Source of the DNA: Williopsis jadinii
Lineage: Eukaryota
DNA: 64,000 bases
NCBI GenBank assembly: GCA_024346625.1
Contig: AP024665.1
Span: 1,798,001-1,862,000, forward strand
Direction of reading: 5' to 3'
Part shown: positions 10,258-21,341 of the stretch, piece by piece
How the letters are laid out: the number at the start of each line of letters is the position of its first letter
Position numbering within the stretch: the stretch's first letter is position 1
Notes under the pieces: generated by a model
What the model was told of the DNA's origin: nothing
What the model saw: the letters and a program-made list of their open reading frames with translations, nothing else
The model's database searches: none
Translations under genes and position numbers: made by a program

Positions 10258-12279
10258 TTAACTCAGCATGAGTCCTGTTTCCCATTCTCTATGTACACTC
10301 ATCCAGTCATCGTTCTTTTCACCAGCCTTGCGTCTTCTCCAAACTTCAAATATTATCTTTCTTGTTCCCCAGTAAGATCCCATGCCAATGTTACTTAAAT
10401 CTTCAAACCATGCTTTGAATTTCGTTTGTAAATTGACATCCAAACATGAACATCCAGCAATAAAGGCAGGCCAAGATGTACTCAATAGCGATATATTGTG
10501 GGACCGACGTAGTTCTGCCATCTTTTCCAAATGGCGATAAGTCGATTCACAGTAGCTTTGTAAATGAATATCCGAATAATTCCTTATTATCTTGAAGTAA
10601 TAGATGAGTAAACTGGTATAACGACTCATGATTGAATGGAAAACACAAGCATGCAAGGGGGAAATAAACGGCAAGCTTTCCTGGTCTTCATTCGAACAGA
10701 TTCCCTGATAATCCACGAGTTTCCATTCCATTTTCCAATTGAGTAGTCTTTCTTCCAACTCCATGCACTTCAATTTGAACTGCTGTTCCAAGTCATCTGT
10801 AGCAGTTCTGCCATTTCTCTTGTTATTATCAAGGAACTGCTTGATTTTATAGAGCCTGACGACCGTTTGGAACAGATAATTGAAACTGTTAGGTAGGGCA
10901 TAGAGCGTTTCAAAGGTGAAATTGATGTTATCACCATCGGTAGCTATTTGCAGAAATTGTGGTTCAGACTGAGTAAAAGATCCTTCAGTCCGTACAAACT
11001 CTACCAATCCTCTCTCATTCAAACTTTCTTGGTAGACCTCTCCCTCTTCAACCTTGCTCAAAAAGTTTTTGGCAAAATTAGCATCGACAGAACAGTTGTT
11101 GTATCCATTCGTAGATTCGGTATTTGTAGAGTCACTAATGTACTTCATGAAGGTGATCACACGACTCAACACCAGGGCCTTCTTACTTAGTCTGGGACGA
11201 TTCTGGTATCTCTGGAAAGCGAGATCTTCACATATACCTATATGGTACTGACAATCAGCCATTATCCCCCAAACCACATCGATGGAGCTCATTGACAACA
11301 GTGCACAGATGACATCTTTATACTTTTCCTTCTCAAGGTTATCTAAAACGTCTCGAAGATACGTTGAAGCCTTCAGTCTGAACCTAACCCCTAGGTTGAG
11401 GAAGAATGACATCTCACTAGAATTCTTCTTGCACTCACTTTGCAGTCTGAAACAGGAGATTGATAATATGGCATATAAGAGAGACCATCTGGAAGATGGT
11501 GTTTCAGTGCAAGTGACTTCTCCTCCAATGCAGAGCAATGCTTTGGGCAGGAACAGTGTTGTCCAAGGATTCGTTTTGAATCCGACAGTCAGCATCTTCG
11601 TCGAAAGCGTATCTTTATAATAAGCGATTAAATCATTGAACAACGATGATATATGAATGGAATCGTTTCTGCCACAGGTTTGAACAAAACTCAAATGCCT
11701 TTCCATCTCATCATCATGTACTCGCTCGATTATCCTCTCTGCCGTGGTAAGTGCTATACTTTCCAGATCAGTGGCTGCAAGGTCCCTGGGATTATCACTA
11801 GCAAAATCACCAGCAGCACCGTCTCCGTAGTATTCCGTTGCACGGTTTATCAATGGCGTGAACCCGGAGGGGCTATCAATAGGTGCCAGCTCACATGTTG
11901 GCTTAGAGTGGAAGAGACCAAATGGGCCTCGCAGTATCGTTCTACCATCGATAACAGTAGAGCTCACCAGCATTCCCAGTAATCCCAGATCATTGTCCAT
12001 CTCCTCGAAGGAGCGATAAGGCCTTCTGAATGGAGTGCGTGGGATGTGCCTTCTGCTGATCGAATCACTGCATCCACTTTTGCGCTTGCTGTGTATCACA
12101 TTGCCGAACTTATCGTACTTTACGGGATCATTCCAACTCAGCTTGATGTCAAAGCCCTCACAATCAACACCTGCTTTGGCACATCTGCTGCAGATTGGCC
12201 TCTCGTTTGAGCACTTGACTTTCCTTCTTCGACACGTCCCGCAGCCAGAAAATCTATTAGAGGTGGATTTGGAAGCCAT
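10258..12279 (-). CDS. Zn(II)2Cys6 transcription factor (Arg81-like / fungal-specific TF domain)
   Basis: FSGCGTCRRRKVKCSNERPICSRCAKAGVDCEGF binuclear cluster; C-terminal WPAFIAGC...EVWRRR...DWMSV. Confidence 0.92.
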   Translation of the reverse strand: MASKSTSNRFSGCGTCRRRKVKCSNERPICSRCAKAGVDCEGFDIKLSWNDPVKYDKFGNVIHSKRKSGCSDSISRRHIPRTPFRRPYRSFEEMDNDLGLLGMLVSSTVIDGRTILRGPFGLFHSKPTCELAPIDSPSGFTPLINRATEYYGDGAAGDFASDNPRDLAATDLESIALTTAERIIERVHDDEMERHLSFVQTCGRNDSIHISSLFNDLIAYYKDTLSTKMLTVGFKTNPWTTLFLPKALLCIGGEVTCTETPSSRWSLLYAILSISCFRLQSECKKNSSEMSFFLNLGVRFRLKASTYLRDVLDNLEKEKYKDVICALLSMSSIDVVWGIMADCQYHIGICEDLAFQRYQNRPRLSKKALVLSRVITFMKYISDSTNTESTNGYNNCSVDANFAKNFLSKVEEGEVYQESLNERGLVEFVRTEGSFTQSEPQFLQIATDGDNINFTFETLYALPNSFNYLFQTVVRLYKIKQFLDNNKRNGRTATDDLEQQFKLKCMELEERLLNWKMEWKLVDYQGICSNEDQESLPFISPLHACVFHSIMSRYTSLLIYYFKIIRNYSDIHLQSYCESTYRHLEKMAELRRSHNISLLSTSWPAFIAGCSCLDVNLQTKFKAWFEDLSNIGMGSYWGTRKIIFEVWRRRKAGEKNDDWMSVHREWETGLMLS

Positions 12280-12382
12280 TTCCTCAATGGGAATTGTGGG
12301 AATCTGAAGAGTGGAAGCTTGATCTCACTCCATATATATATCTATGATAGCAGTGCTTCGCTCGCTGGACATTGCACATTTC

Positions 12383-12438
12383 TCTCGCGACGGAATGTTG
12401 TCGCGAGATAAGACAATCGCACACACAAAGTAGATAAG
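12383..12438. promoter_or_regulatory. Divergent-promoter element: 9-bp inverted repeat TCTCGCGAC-N8-GTCGCGAGA plus two GATAAG sites
   Basis: Inverted repeat 12383-12408; GATAAG at 12407 and 12433 (Gln3/Gat1-type nitrogen regulation consensus). Confidence 0.55.
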
Positions 12439-12559
12439 CGCCGCAGTCATTCAAACGCATAGCTTGATCATGATCGCCATTGGTGTTTATAATGACCGCT
12501 ACGGAACCATGAACGAGGTCTGATCAGCAGGATGTGATCTCTGCAGGGCACAGATCATC

Positions 12560-14263
12560 ATGTCGCAAAGTACCCAAGCCAGTAGCTCCGACAAGGGAGC
12601 GAAAACACCATACAACGTTGGCAGCTTCGAGTTGCAGAGCAACCAGGGGTCGTTAGACATCGAAGTCGGGGACGCCGAAGAGCTCGATGCTGGTGGAGAA
12701 GGGGAGCTGAAGCAAGGCCTGACGTCCAGACATATTCAGATCTTTGCGTTGGCTGGTATCATCGGAACAGGTTTGTTTGTTGGTTCCGGGTCTGCTCTGA
12801 GTGCTTCGGGCCCCCTGGGTCTCTTGATCTCGTACATTGTGCTGTCGTGCGTTGTCTACTTCATCATGAATGAGCTGGCAGAGATGGTGACTCTTTTTCC
12901 AAACGGTGGTGGTGCTATACATACGCTGGCAAAGCGTTATGTCGACGGATCGCTCAGTTTCGCCACTGGTTGGCTCTACTTCTACAACTACGCCATTCTG
13001 GTGCCAGCAGAAATCTCTGCTGCCACCATCGTTATCAAGTACTGGACTGATTCGGTCAATGTGGCCGTCTGGATCACGATCATGACTTTTGTTGTGATCA
13101 TGCTGAACACGTTGGCCGTTAAGTTCTATGGTGAAACTGAGTTCTGGCTGGGTTCCATCAAACTGATTGCAATTGCCTGTTTGATCATCGTTGGTATTGT
13201 TATCTTCTTTGGTGGTGGTCCGGCTCAACACCATGTGTTAGGGTTCCATTACTGGAAGCACCCTGGGCCGCTGGTGAACCACTTGCATTTGAAGAATGAG
13301 AACACTGGTCGGTTTTTGGATATCTGGACAGCAATCATTAAGTCTGGGTTTGCTTTTGGTTCTGGACCAGAATTCTTCGTCATTACGACGTTAGAAGCTC
13401 AAGATAGAAGAAGAAATCTGATCAAAGGTACTAGAAGATACATTTGGAGATTGATTTTGATCTATTGCTTTTCGGTCATAGTTATTGGTGTGATTGTTCC
13501 TTCGAACAATTCCAAGTTAACAAGCGGGGAGTCGAACGCCAATGCTTCTCCTTTTGTCATTGGAATTCAATTAGCTGGAATCCGAGTACTGAACCATATC
13601 ATCAATGCTGCTATATTGACGTCTGCCTTTTCTGCGTCAAACTCCTTCTATTTTGGAGCTTCACGTGTCTTGTACGCTTTGGCAAAAGACGGTAATGCTC
13701 CAAAGTTCTTGTTGACGACAAATAGATATGGAACTCCGTACTTCTGTACCACGTTTGTCGGTCTGATCTCTTTGATAGGCTACTTGAATGTCTCCAGTGG
13801 CTCTTCTCAAGTTTTCACTTGGCTGACCAATATCAGCACCATTGCGAGCTTCATTGGCTGGCTTATTATTGGAGCCATATACCTGAGATTTAGAAAGGCC
13901 ATGGAATACAATGACATGTGGGATGCTATGCCTGTTAGAACCATCTGGCAACCATATGGGGCTTATGTCACCACTGTGTTCGTCGCTCTCCTGACCCTGA
14001 CTAACGGGTATGCCATCTTTATGAAGGGCAACTGGTCTATTTCTTCATTCATGGCCGCTTATGTCACCATTGGTTATTTCCTCGTCTTTTACATTGGTCA
14101 TAAGGTTTGGACAAGAAATTGGAGGCTATTTTATAAGGTTGAAGATATCGATGTTACCACTGGACTACAGGAAGCTGAGGAAGAGGCCAGAGAAGCTGAA
14201 CTGCTTTATAAGAGTAACCCTCCAAGAAACATATTCGAAAGATTTTCAAACTGGTTGTTTTAA
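12560..14263 (+). CDS. Amino-acid permease, YAT/APC family, proline permease (PUT4/PrnB)-like
   Basis: LKQGLTSRHIQIFALAGIIGTGLFVGSG, YGETEFW, LGFHYWKHPG, ASPFVIGI; about 12 TM segments. Confidence 0.92.
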   Translation: MSQSTQASSSDKGAKTPYNVGSFELQSNQGSLDIEVGDAEELDAGGEGELKQGLTSRHIQIFALAGIIGTGLFVGSGSALSASGPLGLLISYIVLSCVVYFIMNELAEMVTLFPNGGGAIHTLAKRYVDGSLSFATGWLYFYNYAILVPAEISAATIVIKYWTDSVNVAVWITIMTFVVIMLNTLAVKFYGETEFWLGSIKLIAIACLIIVGIVIFFGGGPAQHHVLGFHYWKHPGPLVNHLHLKNENTGRFLDIWTAIIKSGFAFGSGPEFFVITTLEAQDRRRNLIKGTRRYIWRLILIYCFSVIVIGVIVPSNNSKLTSGESNANASPFVIGIQLAGIRVLNHIINAAILTSAFSASNSFYFGASRVLYALAKDGNAPKFLLTTNRYGTPYFCTTFVGLISLIGYLNVSSGSSQVFTWLTNISTIASFIGWLIIGAIYLRFRKAMEYNDMWDAMPVRTIWQPYGAYVTTVFVALLTLTNGYAIFMKGNWSISSFMAAYVTIGYFLVFYIGHKVWTRNWRLFYKVEDIDVTTGLQEAEEEAREAELLYKSNPPRNIFERFSNWLF

Positions 14264-14338
14264 TTGAGTTCAATACATATTCATTATGCAGAAGTTCAAG
14301 AAGAGTAGTCATACCTTACAAGTTAATGGGCGTGTTCT

Positions 14339-14458
14339 GATAGAGTGTTCGGTAGAGTGTTCGATAGAGTGTTCGATAGAGTGTTCGATAGAGTGTTCGA
14401 TAGAGTGTTCGATAGAGTGTTCGATAGAATGTTCGATAGAATGTTCGATAGAGTGTGC
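14339..14458 (+). repeat. 12-bp minisatellite (GATAGAGTGTTC) x10
   Basis: 10 near-perfect units between the convergent 3' ends of the permease and DUF3445 genes. Confidence 0.97.
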
Positions 14459-14591
14459 GAGATGAATTGCACTAAACCATTTACTAACGTCCATAACAAA
14501 AATGAACATGTAACTGTTGAGTCAATCTATGGTGAAGACGACTATCTACTGAATTGAGTACCAAAAATATAAATAAAATTTCCTAAGCTAA

Positions 14592-15860
14592 CTATAACTC
14601 TGGTCTTCCAATACAAATTGGCCCTATATCAGGCTTCTCACAGCCATTGGATTCTCCTTTCAAATAACTTAACACAGCAGGCCCCCAGGCTGGACGTCTT
14701 TTGTACTGGCCTATGTGTTCTTGCATCAGCTCAATTCCACCAATTAACTCTTCGCCCAAACCTTCGTCCCTGATATCGGACATTGGAACCAGGAATTGTC
14801 TCACTGTGAAGATAATGGCACCAGTCTTTGGCAGACGTGTCAAAACCTGTCTTTCAGATCTGAAGAACACCTCTCTTTTGAAATCCAGTTTATCTGGGTC
14901 GAGAGACTCAATCTCTTCATCCTCCTTTCCTTTATTATCACCCATAGTGAAAATCTTGTTGTGAGTCTGTATAGCCCAATTGCTTCTGGTGACAAACTTG
15001 TATGGCTTCAGCTTGTCAAAGAACCTGTTCATTTGAGGTCTCAGCTTAGATTTATAATCTGGAACTGGGCCATGTAAGGAAGTCAGTGGAACTCCAAATC
15101 TCTCTAGTGGATCGAAACCAGCAGCAAACCCAAAAAACACAGCCTGCAAGCAATACTCTTCAGATCCATCGTGGTTGTCAGGATCTTGTAGTAAGACGAC
15201 AAAGTCTTCTTCGACTGTATGCCCCAAATATGCAACCAGGTTCTCTTTATCCTCAACACTATTTGGGTCCAGTGGAATGTACTCATCACGCAGAGAATTG
15301 TACAACTTATCCCCTTTGACCGAGAAATACTGAGGATATCTTCCCAAGAGAAAAGAAACTATGGTTTCATACAACTCTACCATGGCGTCAACGCCCATTT
15401 CAGATAAGTAAACTGTGTGCTTTCTAAGAAAAGGATCATCAACTTCACTTTTCTTCAAATCGGTGTAGTGCTTGTAAGTGTTCTCAATCAACAGCCATTC
15501 ACTTGGATCCAGGTTCCGGATACCCATCACCATCTTATACTCGCCCTTCTTGAAAGGTCTGTATCTCAATGGCTCTTTCTCGCTCCATTGAATCTCGGGA
15601 TCTGATGGAGTAATCTGAAGCTCTTCAAAAACTGGCGTTTCAATCCCACCATGGATCTTGGTAGTGACCGACACCGGCTTGGATGTCCCGTTAGCCTTTG
15701 ACTCCTTCGAGCCACCACGGAAAGGCCCAGCAAGCGTCTCCTTCACCACAGATCTTGCCGACTCATCGAAAAGCTTGTAGACCAAGTAGCCTAGCAGTGG
15801 TAAGGTCAAACCTTTGTGAAGCAGTGATGATGTAGATAGGTCCAAGCTGGCAACGCTCAT
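14592..15860 (-). CDS. DUF3445 / HRQ-family heme-dependent oxidative N-demethylase alpha-subunit-like protein with N-terminal hydrophobic anchor
   Basis: PLRYRPFK, MVMGIRNLDPSEWLLIE, VEEDFVVL, LHGPVPDY (heme His), TRSNWAIQ, FRSERQVLTRLPKTGAIIFTVR; LTLPLLGYLVYKLF near the N-terminus. Confidence 0.88.
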   Translation of the reverse strand: MSVASLDLSTSSLLHKGLTLPLLGYLVYKLFDESARSVVKETLAGPFRGGSKESKANGTSKPVSVTTKIHGGIETPVFEELQITPSDPEIQWSEKEPLRYRPFKKGEYKMVMGIRNLDPSEWLLIENTYKHYTDLKKSEVDDPFLRKHTVYLSEMGVDAMVELYETIVSFLLGRYPQYFSVKGDKLYNSLRDEYIPLDPNSVEDKENLVAYLGHTVEEDFVVLLQDPDNHDGSEEYCLQAVFFGFAAGFDPLERFGVPLTSLHGPVPDYKSKLRPQMNRFFDKLKPYKFVTRSNWAIQTHNKIFTMGDNKGKEDEEIESLDPDKLDFKREVFFRSERQVLTRLPKTGAIIFTVRQFLVPMSDIRDEGLGEELIGGIELMQEHIGQYKRRPAWGPAVLSYLKGESNGCEKPDIGPICIGRPEL

Positions 15861-16104
15861 TATTTTGGTTGTCTGACTATGACCAGCCCGCTTGATCAGG
15901 GAAGGCTACCATGATCTCTTAAATATAGTTTGGTTTATGCCCGTGATCTCATCCGGCTATCTCATGTTTGGCTGGTTGATCGGGGAGTCCTGCCTACATG
16001 GAACACAGCAGAAAGACAAACGCGATAACGAGCAAGAATTAAGAGCGAATCTTGAGTACGCATCTACGCAATGTGCTGCAACCAGATGACGTTCATCTAC
16101 TTCC

Positions 16105-17514
16105 TTATTTAAAAACCTGGTCAAGAGTTTGCGCAAATCTCTTGACGCCCTCGGCCAGAGTTTCCTCATCAGTAGCTGCGAAAGTGCCTCTAAACATGAT
16201 GAGAGGGCTTCTCTCCTCTCCGTCTTGAACAACTTCGAACCAGGAACCTGGGACCCAAACACTCTTATTGGCTATGTTTGTGCGATAGATGTCGTCTTCC
16301 AAGGCCAGCGGATCATTATTGTATCTTTCAGTGAAGTGTGGGTGGGCTGTGGCGTCAATTGAGATAGTGAAGAACATACCGGCATTTGGGATGTTGACGG
16401 TAACGAACGGCTTGTCTCCCAAGGTGCTCAAAGCAGTGTCAATGGCGACATTTCTCTTGTTTGAGTATTCTTCACGTAGGGTCTTAAGCCACTGAAGATA
16501 ACCATCCTGTCCCCAGTATGCCAAAGTCTCGTATAAAATGAGCGATGCAAATCCGGAAGGATTTTGAATTGTCGTTTCGAAGTCTCGAGCAAATCGTTCT
16601 ATGAATGGCTTCTGCGCAATAATACTTCCAATACGAGTTCCAGGAGCCAGGATCTTCGAGAAAGAGTCCAGTCTAATGACACGGCCATCAACGTCGAACT
16701 TCAGAAAGGAAGGCACCAAACTTGCCAGAAATTCTTCGTCCGACGGTCTTCTTGAAGAGACGTTTCTGTTAGACTCCTCGACATAATCCTCCAATTGTAG
16801 GAAATAGTACGGCTCGTCCTCAACAATGATGATATCATACTTGGACGCGATCTCGTAGATCAACTTTCTTCTTTCCTCAGGAATCGTAGAGCCAGTAGGG
16901 TTCTGGCCTGTTGGAACAGTGTAGATCAGCTTCGGGTACTTGACTCCCTCTTCCCAGTTCTCCAATGTTTTTGCCAGTGATTCCGGAATGATTCCATGCG
17001 AATCAATATCCATTGTTACCAAGTTCAATCCTTTGGCTCTGGCAGTCTCCAGCGCTGAGGCAAAGGCGTACTTTTCGACAAGAATGGAATCACCGCGGTC
17101 GGTGAATGTTCTCAAGACAGCTTCCCACGCATGAGTAGAACCAGCAGTAAGAATTAGATCCCAGTCGTCGTTTGAGATATCTCCATGAACAAGTCTGGTG
17201 TGCTCTTTGATAAACTCAACGAGCGGCTTAGGGCCCGTTGCGGAAGCATACTGTAGACCAGATGAAAGAGGCAGCTTGTCACCAACCTCGACAACCAACT
17301 CATTCGATTCATTCGAAAACGCTTTCAGCCCATCTTCAAAGGGTGGCTTTCTGGTCTTGAAGCTAATCGATTCCCATGCGAAGTATTCAGGCAATGGTAA
17401 GCCACTGGCTAAGAAGGCAGTATCCGGCTGTTTATACTGTGCGATGGTCTTGAGGAGCGAATTGTTTCTTGCCTTTGCTTCAAGAGAGAGCAAATGGGAT
17501 AGATCTTTTGTCAT
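16105..17514 (-). CDS. PLP-dependent aromatic amino acid / 2-aminoadipate aminotransferase (ARO8/ARO9 family)
   Basis: DLSHLLSLEAKAR, GLQYA, YTVPTGQNPTG, EDEPYYFLQ, RLDSFSKILAPGTR (PLP Lys), WVPGSWF. Confidence 0.93.
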   Translation of the reverse strand: MTKDLSHLLSLEAKARNNSLLKTIAQYKQPDTAFLASGLPLPEYFAWESISFKTRKPPFEDGLKAFSNESNELVVEVGDKLPLSSGLQYASATGPKPLVEFIKEHTRLVHGDISNDDWDLILTAGSTHAWEAVLRTFTDRGDSILVEKYAFASALETARAKGLNLVTMDIDSHGIIPESLAKTLENWEEGVKYPKLIYTVPTGQNPTGSTIPEERRKLIYEIASKYDIIIVEDEPYYFLQLEDYVEESNRNVSSRRPSDEEFLASLVPSFLKFDVDGRVIRLDSFSKILAPGTRIGSIIAQKPFIERFARDFETTIQNPSGFASLILYETLAYWGQDGYLQWLKTLREEYSNKRNVAIDTALSTLGDKPFVTVNIPNAGMFFTISIDATAHPHFTERYNNDPLALEDDIYRTNIANKSVWVPGSWFEVVQDGEERSPLIMFRGTFAATDEETLAEGVKRFAQTLDQVFK

Positions 17515-17592
17515 TTCCCCTTGAAACCACTGTAGCGCCGTAGTAATGTGGTGATCGCTATGTGCCTAGTACTCAGCTTGAAACCCAGCTAG

Positions 17593-17619
17593 ATATATAT
17601 ATATATATATATATATATA
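17593..17619. repeat. (AT)n microsatellite
   Basis: About 13 AT units upstream of the aminotransferase. Confidence 0.95.
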
Positions 17620-17757
17620 GATAAATAGATAATAGATAATGTAGATAATAACAGAAATATATCCTCGGCGCCTCTTTCCTCTGATCTACAGACAGGAAGC
17701 TTACAACGAGCAGTACGGAATATAAACAAGATGCGGAGATATCGATGTGTTATTGAT

Positions 17758-19023
17758 CTATAAATGCAGTTCATGCTTCACTATAAACGTCACAAGTATG
17801 GGTAAGCTCAGCACCAAGGCTATGTACTGAAACAGGTAGGTTAATGCCAAATAGTTCATCTGCAGGTCCCCTCCGTCTCCCTTTCTGGTGCTGCTTCCAT
17901 CAATCTGAGCTTCAGAGTCGTAGCTCTTCGAGCCCATCTCGTTGTCACTCAACGGCTGCGACATTGCAGTGAGGTAGACCAATATGGTAGCGTTAGGCAA
18001 GCCCCAGACGATGCAACAAACAAACTGCAAGATGTTATCACTGTTGAACCAGCCAGCGTGACTCATTCCATGGACCACCAGCACGCCAATTATTGGGAGA
18101 ATGCATAATCTCATCACTCCTGTGAGCAGTGGGGGCAGTATTCTGCAAGATCCATCAAATGTGAGACTTGAAATGGTTGATCCCACCATAAGAAGACCCA
18201 GAGGAACACAGGCTTGCGATATGTATGAGACAAAGTCCATGAGGAAGGATAATGGTGGCTCACCATCTGGAGCGGTTTTCATACTGACATTTGCTGAAAC
18301 AAACAAAGCCTTCGTCCATGGAATCAGACATAAGACAAACCCTACTATGATGGTTATCGAGACCAGGTTCTTGGTGTTATCGACAAAGAACAGCACACCT
18401 TGCCATATCATCTTGGGGATACTTTGCTTCCGATCGGCAGAAATCGTTATTGTATGTTCAGCAACACCGTCAGACTTGGAACTACTTGGACATTGCATCT
18501 CCACGTCATCTTCTATCCGTTCCTTGAAGTCCAGGCTTGTAAGTTTGAATCGCCCAAGGTTGAATTGAACCACCATCTGGAACGCAGTGAATATGACAAT
18601 GTATGCTGTGCCCTTGTTCACCTGATCAGCCGTGAACAGTATACCAGACAATGATTGTAGATACGCAATTGGTAAGTCACTGATGTTGATGAACAACCCC
18701 GTTGAGAGACACCCACCCATCCAGCCCACAGGCTTCGTGAGCACAGCAATAGCTGCTGCCCCACTCAGTCCCACACAGTACAGAACAGTGCTCACCAAGA
18801 TTATTATACCGATATCCTTCAAGTCGTCGATGGATATATATGAAATGAGGTTCTTGAGAATCAGACATGGGAAGAGCACCATCATGATAACTGTGGATAT
18901 CTTCCTCCGTGCAATCGTATCGATAACATTGGTCTTACCCAGGTAGTATCCACAGCCAATGATGAGATAGATCTTGAAGATCGGTTTGACGGATATGTAG
19001 ATCAAAGAGCCTAAATCCACCAT
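17758..19023 (-). CDS. Auxin-efflux-carrier (PIN-like / Mem_trans) transporter, ECM3 family
   Basis: LGSLIYISVKPIFKIYLIIG, NISDLPIAYLQSL, APDGEPPLSFLMDF, ACVPLGL, RLCILPIIGV. Confidence 0.88.
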   Translation of the reverse strand: MVDLGSLIYISVKPIFKIYLIIGCGYYLGKTNVIDTIARRKISTVIMMVLFPCLILKNLISYISIDDLKDIGIIILVSTVLYCVGLSGAAAIAVLTKPVGWMGGCLSTGLFINISDLPIAYLQSLSGILFTADQVNKGTAYIVIFTAFQMVVQFNLGRFKLTSLDFKERIEDDVEMQCPSSSKSDGVAEHTITISADRKQSIPKMIWQGVLFFVDNTKNLVSITIIVGFVLCLIPWTKALFVSANVSMKTAPDGEPPLSFLMDFVSYISQACVPLGLLMVGSTISSLTFDGSCRILPPLLTGVMRLCILPIIGVLVVHGMSHAGWFNSDNILQFVCCIVWGLPNATILVYLTAMSQPLSDNEMGSKSYDSEAQIDGSSTRKGDGGDLQMNYLALTYLFQYIALVLSLPILVTFIVKHELHL

Positions 19024-19454
19024 CTCGAAATCTTATCTCCAACGCTCATCTCCAAAGCTCATCTCCAAAGCTCTCCGCCACTGCTGGAGAATGCGAAACG
19101 CAACGCTACTCTTTTATAGCACATCCATTGCACAGTGGTTTATTTGAAATCAGATTGGTTGCACTTAAACACGTTACTCCCAGGGAAGGGAAGGTCTAAT
19201 CGCTTCGCTTGCCGTTAAGTCCGTTTGCAGGAAACTTTCCCCGACGGAAAGCCTCTTGCATCGATTAAGCGTCCTCGGCCTCTCCTGCCTCTTCTTCCCG
19301 CAAAGGCAAGTGTGTGGGAAAGAGTAGAAGCGAATTAGAATGATACTTCTACAAATATATGAATATATAAAGGTATGAGATCCTCTACGTTCTCGTCTTG
19401 TTCTGAATTCTCTCATCTATCATCTATCGTCTATCGTCTATCACATTAACTACA

Positions 19455-20390
19455 ATGGTTGCTACTAAGAAATCCGACTTGATTGTCACTTTGAACAACG
19501 GTGCTAAGATCCCTCAATTGGGATTCGGTACTTACTTGGCTGAGAACGACGATGCGTACACATCTGTCTTGCATGCCTTGAAGTCGGGCTACACCCACAT
19601 TGACACTGCTTCCATCTATGAGAACGAAGACCAAGTTGGTAAGGCTATCAAGGACTCCGGTATTCCAAGAGAGAAGCTCTTCATCACCACCAAAGTCTGG
19701 CCAACAGCTGCTGATGATCCTGCAGGATCCTTGGAGAGATCTCTTGCTCGTTTGGGGTTGGACTACGTTGATTTGCTTTTGATCCATTGGCCAATCCGTC
19801 TCTTCACCAGATACTGCAAGGACGATTCTCCAATCGATTTCCAAATTCCAGTCAAGCCTGATGGAAGCAGAGATATCGACATGGACTGGTCTTTTGTCAA
19901 GACTTGGGAATTGTTCCAGCAATTGCCAACCAGCAAAGTCAGAAACATCGGTGTCTCAAACTTCTCCATCAACAACTTGAAGGAATTGTTGGCTGCTCCA
20001 ACTACTACTGTCAAGCCAGTTGTGAACCAGGTTGAACTTCACCCACTGTTGCCACAAACCGAGTTGTTGAAATGGTGTCAAGACAACGACATCTACTTGC
20101 AAGCCTACTCTCCATTGGGTTCCGTTGATTCTACTTTGTTCAACCATCCAGTCTTGACTGAGATCGCTCAGAAGTATGGTGTGTCCACTGCTCAAGTCAT
20201 GATCAACTGGGCATTGTCTAGAGGATATATCGTTTTGCCAAAGTCCGTTACTCCTTCCAGAATCGAGTCCAACTTGGAAATCTTTGAGTTGTCTCCAGAA
20301 GATGTCGCCAAGGTCAGCAAGATTTCTGTTGATGAAGGTGAGAAGAGATTTGTTACACCAAACTGGGCTCCATATCCAGTTTTCCAATAA
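19455..20390 (+). CDS. Aldo-keto reductase (GCY1/YPR1-like)
   Basis: IPQLGFGT, HIDTASIY, LFITTKVW, LDYVDLLLIHWP, NIGVSNFS, NQVELHP, VLPKSVTPSRI. Confidence 0.95.
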   Translation: MVATKKSDLIVTLNNGAKIPQLGFGTYLAENDDAYTSVLHALKSGYTHIDTASIYENEDQVGKAIKDSGIPREKLFITTKVWPTAADDPAGSLERSLARLGLDYVDLLLIHWPIRLFTRYCKDDSPIDFQIPVKPDGSRDIDMDWSFVKTWELFQQLPTSKVRNIGVSNFSINNLKELLAAPTTTVKPVVNQVELHPLLPQTELLKWCQDNDIYLQAYSPLGSVDSTLFNHPVLTEIAQKYGVSTAQVMINWALSRGYIVLPKSVTPSRIESNLEIFELSPEDVAKVSKISVDEGEKRFVTPNWAPYPVFQ

Positions 20391-21341
20391 GTGTATCAAG
20401 TGTTCGCTAGAATAGAAGCTTAATATAGAGATCTTACAGTGAATACAGTGTAGGCATAGAGCTGTGCTCTCTATTGGGTAGTACTGAGTCATATGAGACG
20501 CACACTAATGGTCCCTGCTTAGTGACCTTGCATCAGCAAATCGAACAATAACAGGACGAGTAGAACAGTGCGAGTGTAGGTAGGAGTTACCAAGGGAAAC
20601 ACTGGGAATATACTATATATGCTATAAGTTAGGCAGCTGTTAAGGAAGTCCAGATTTGTGTCATCTTTTTCAAAAGATTTTCAAGCTCTATAATATCGTG
20701 AATGTATTATTTCGCCCCAGTTTAGGGTATAAAATGATCACTTTCGAGTTTCTGTCATCTGCATTTGGCTGTACAGACAAGAATGTAGCCACACTTCATT
20801 ATATAGTGTAAAAGTATCACAGAGGGCATAAACATTCAAGTGCATGAGAGTGCTCCTCCGTAGCATTTGGATAGCAGAAACTGGCTGATTTATACTCAAC
20901 GCATGCTGTCGGTTGAGATAATTCTAATTCTTTGCCGGTACTTTATGTGTAAGCTGCATGGCAGACACGAATTTTTATCAACACCTTATCAGGTTAAGGG
21001 ACAATGTTAGAGCCGTAATTGACAAACAAAACTCATTCGAATCATCTATCGAAGATGGAGCAGCATACAGAAGAGACATCTAGAGTGAATGAGAGAGTGA
21101 ATATTGATCAATTTTAATATCTTCCATGCTAACTTTTTCAGAAATTTAATTCAGTCTAGTTTCAGATGCATTTTAATGTGCAGGACTTGAAACTGAATAA
21201 AACCCCCTAATAATGAATATTATAGTACACTAATCATAACACGCATATATAAAACACATTTACTGAGACTTATTTAGATGATAGTATTGCTATGGAAGTA
21301 CCAGTCAATGATAGGTCTGAGGGCCGTGTACAACCCGCAAA

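Noticed and set aside
14309..14557. ORFs with (EHSI)n / (FDRV)n; CRISPR-like look
   Set aside because: Head-to-tail 12-bp minisatellite with no spacers, in a eukaryote
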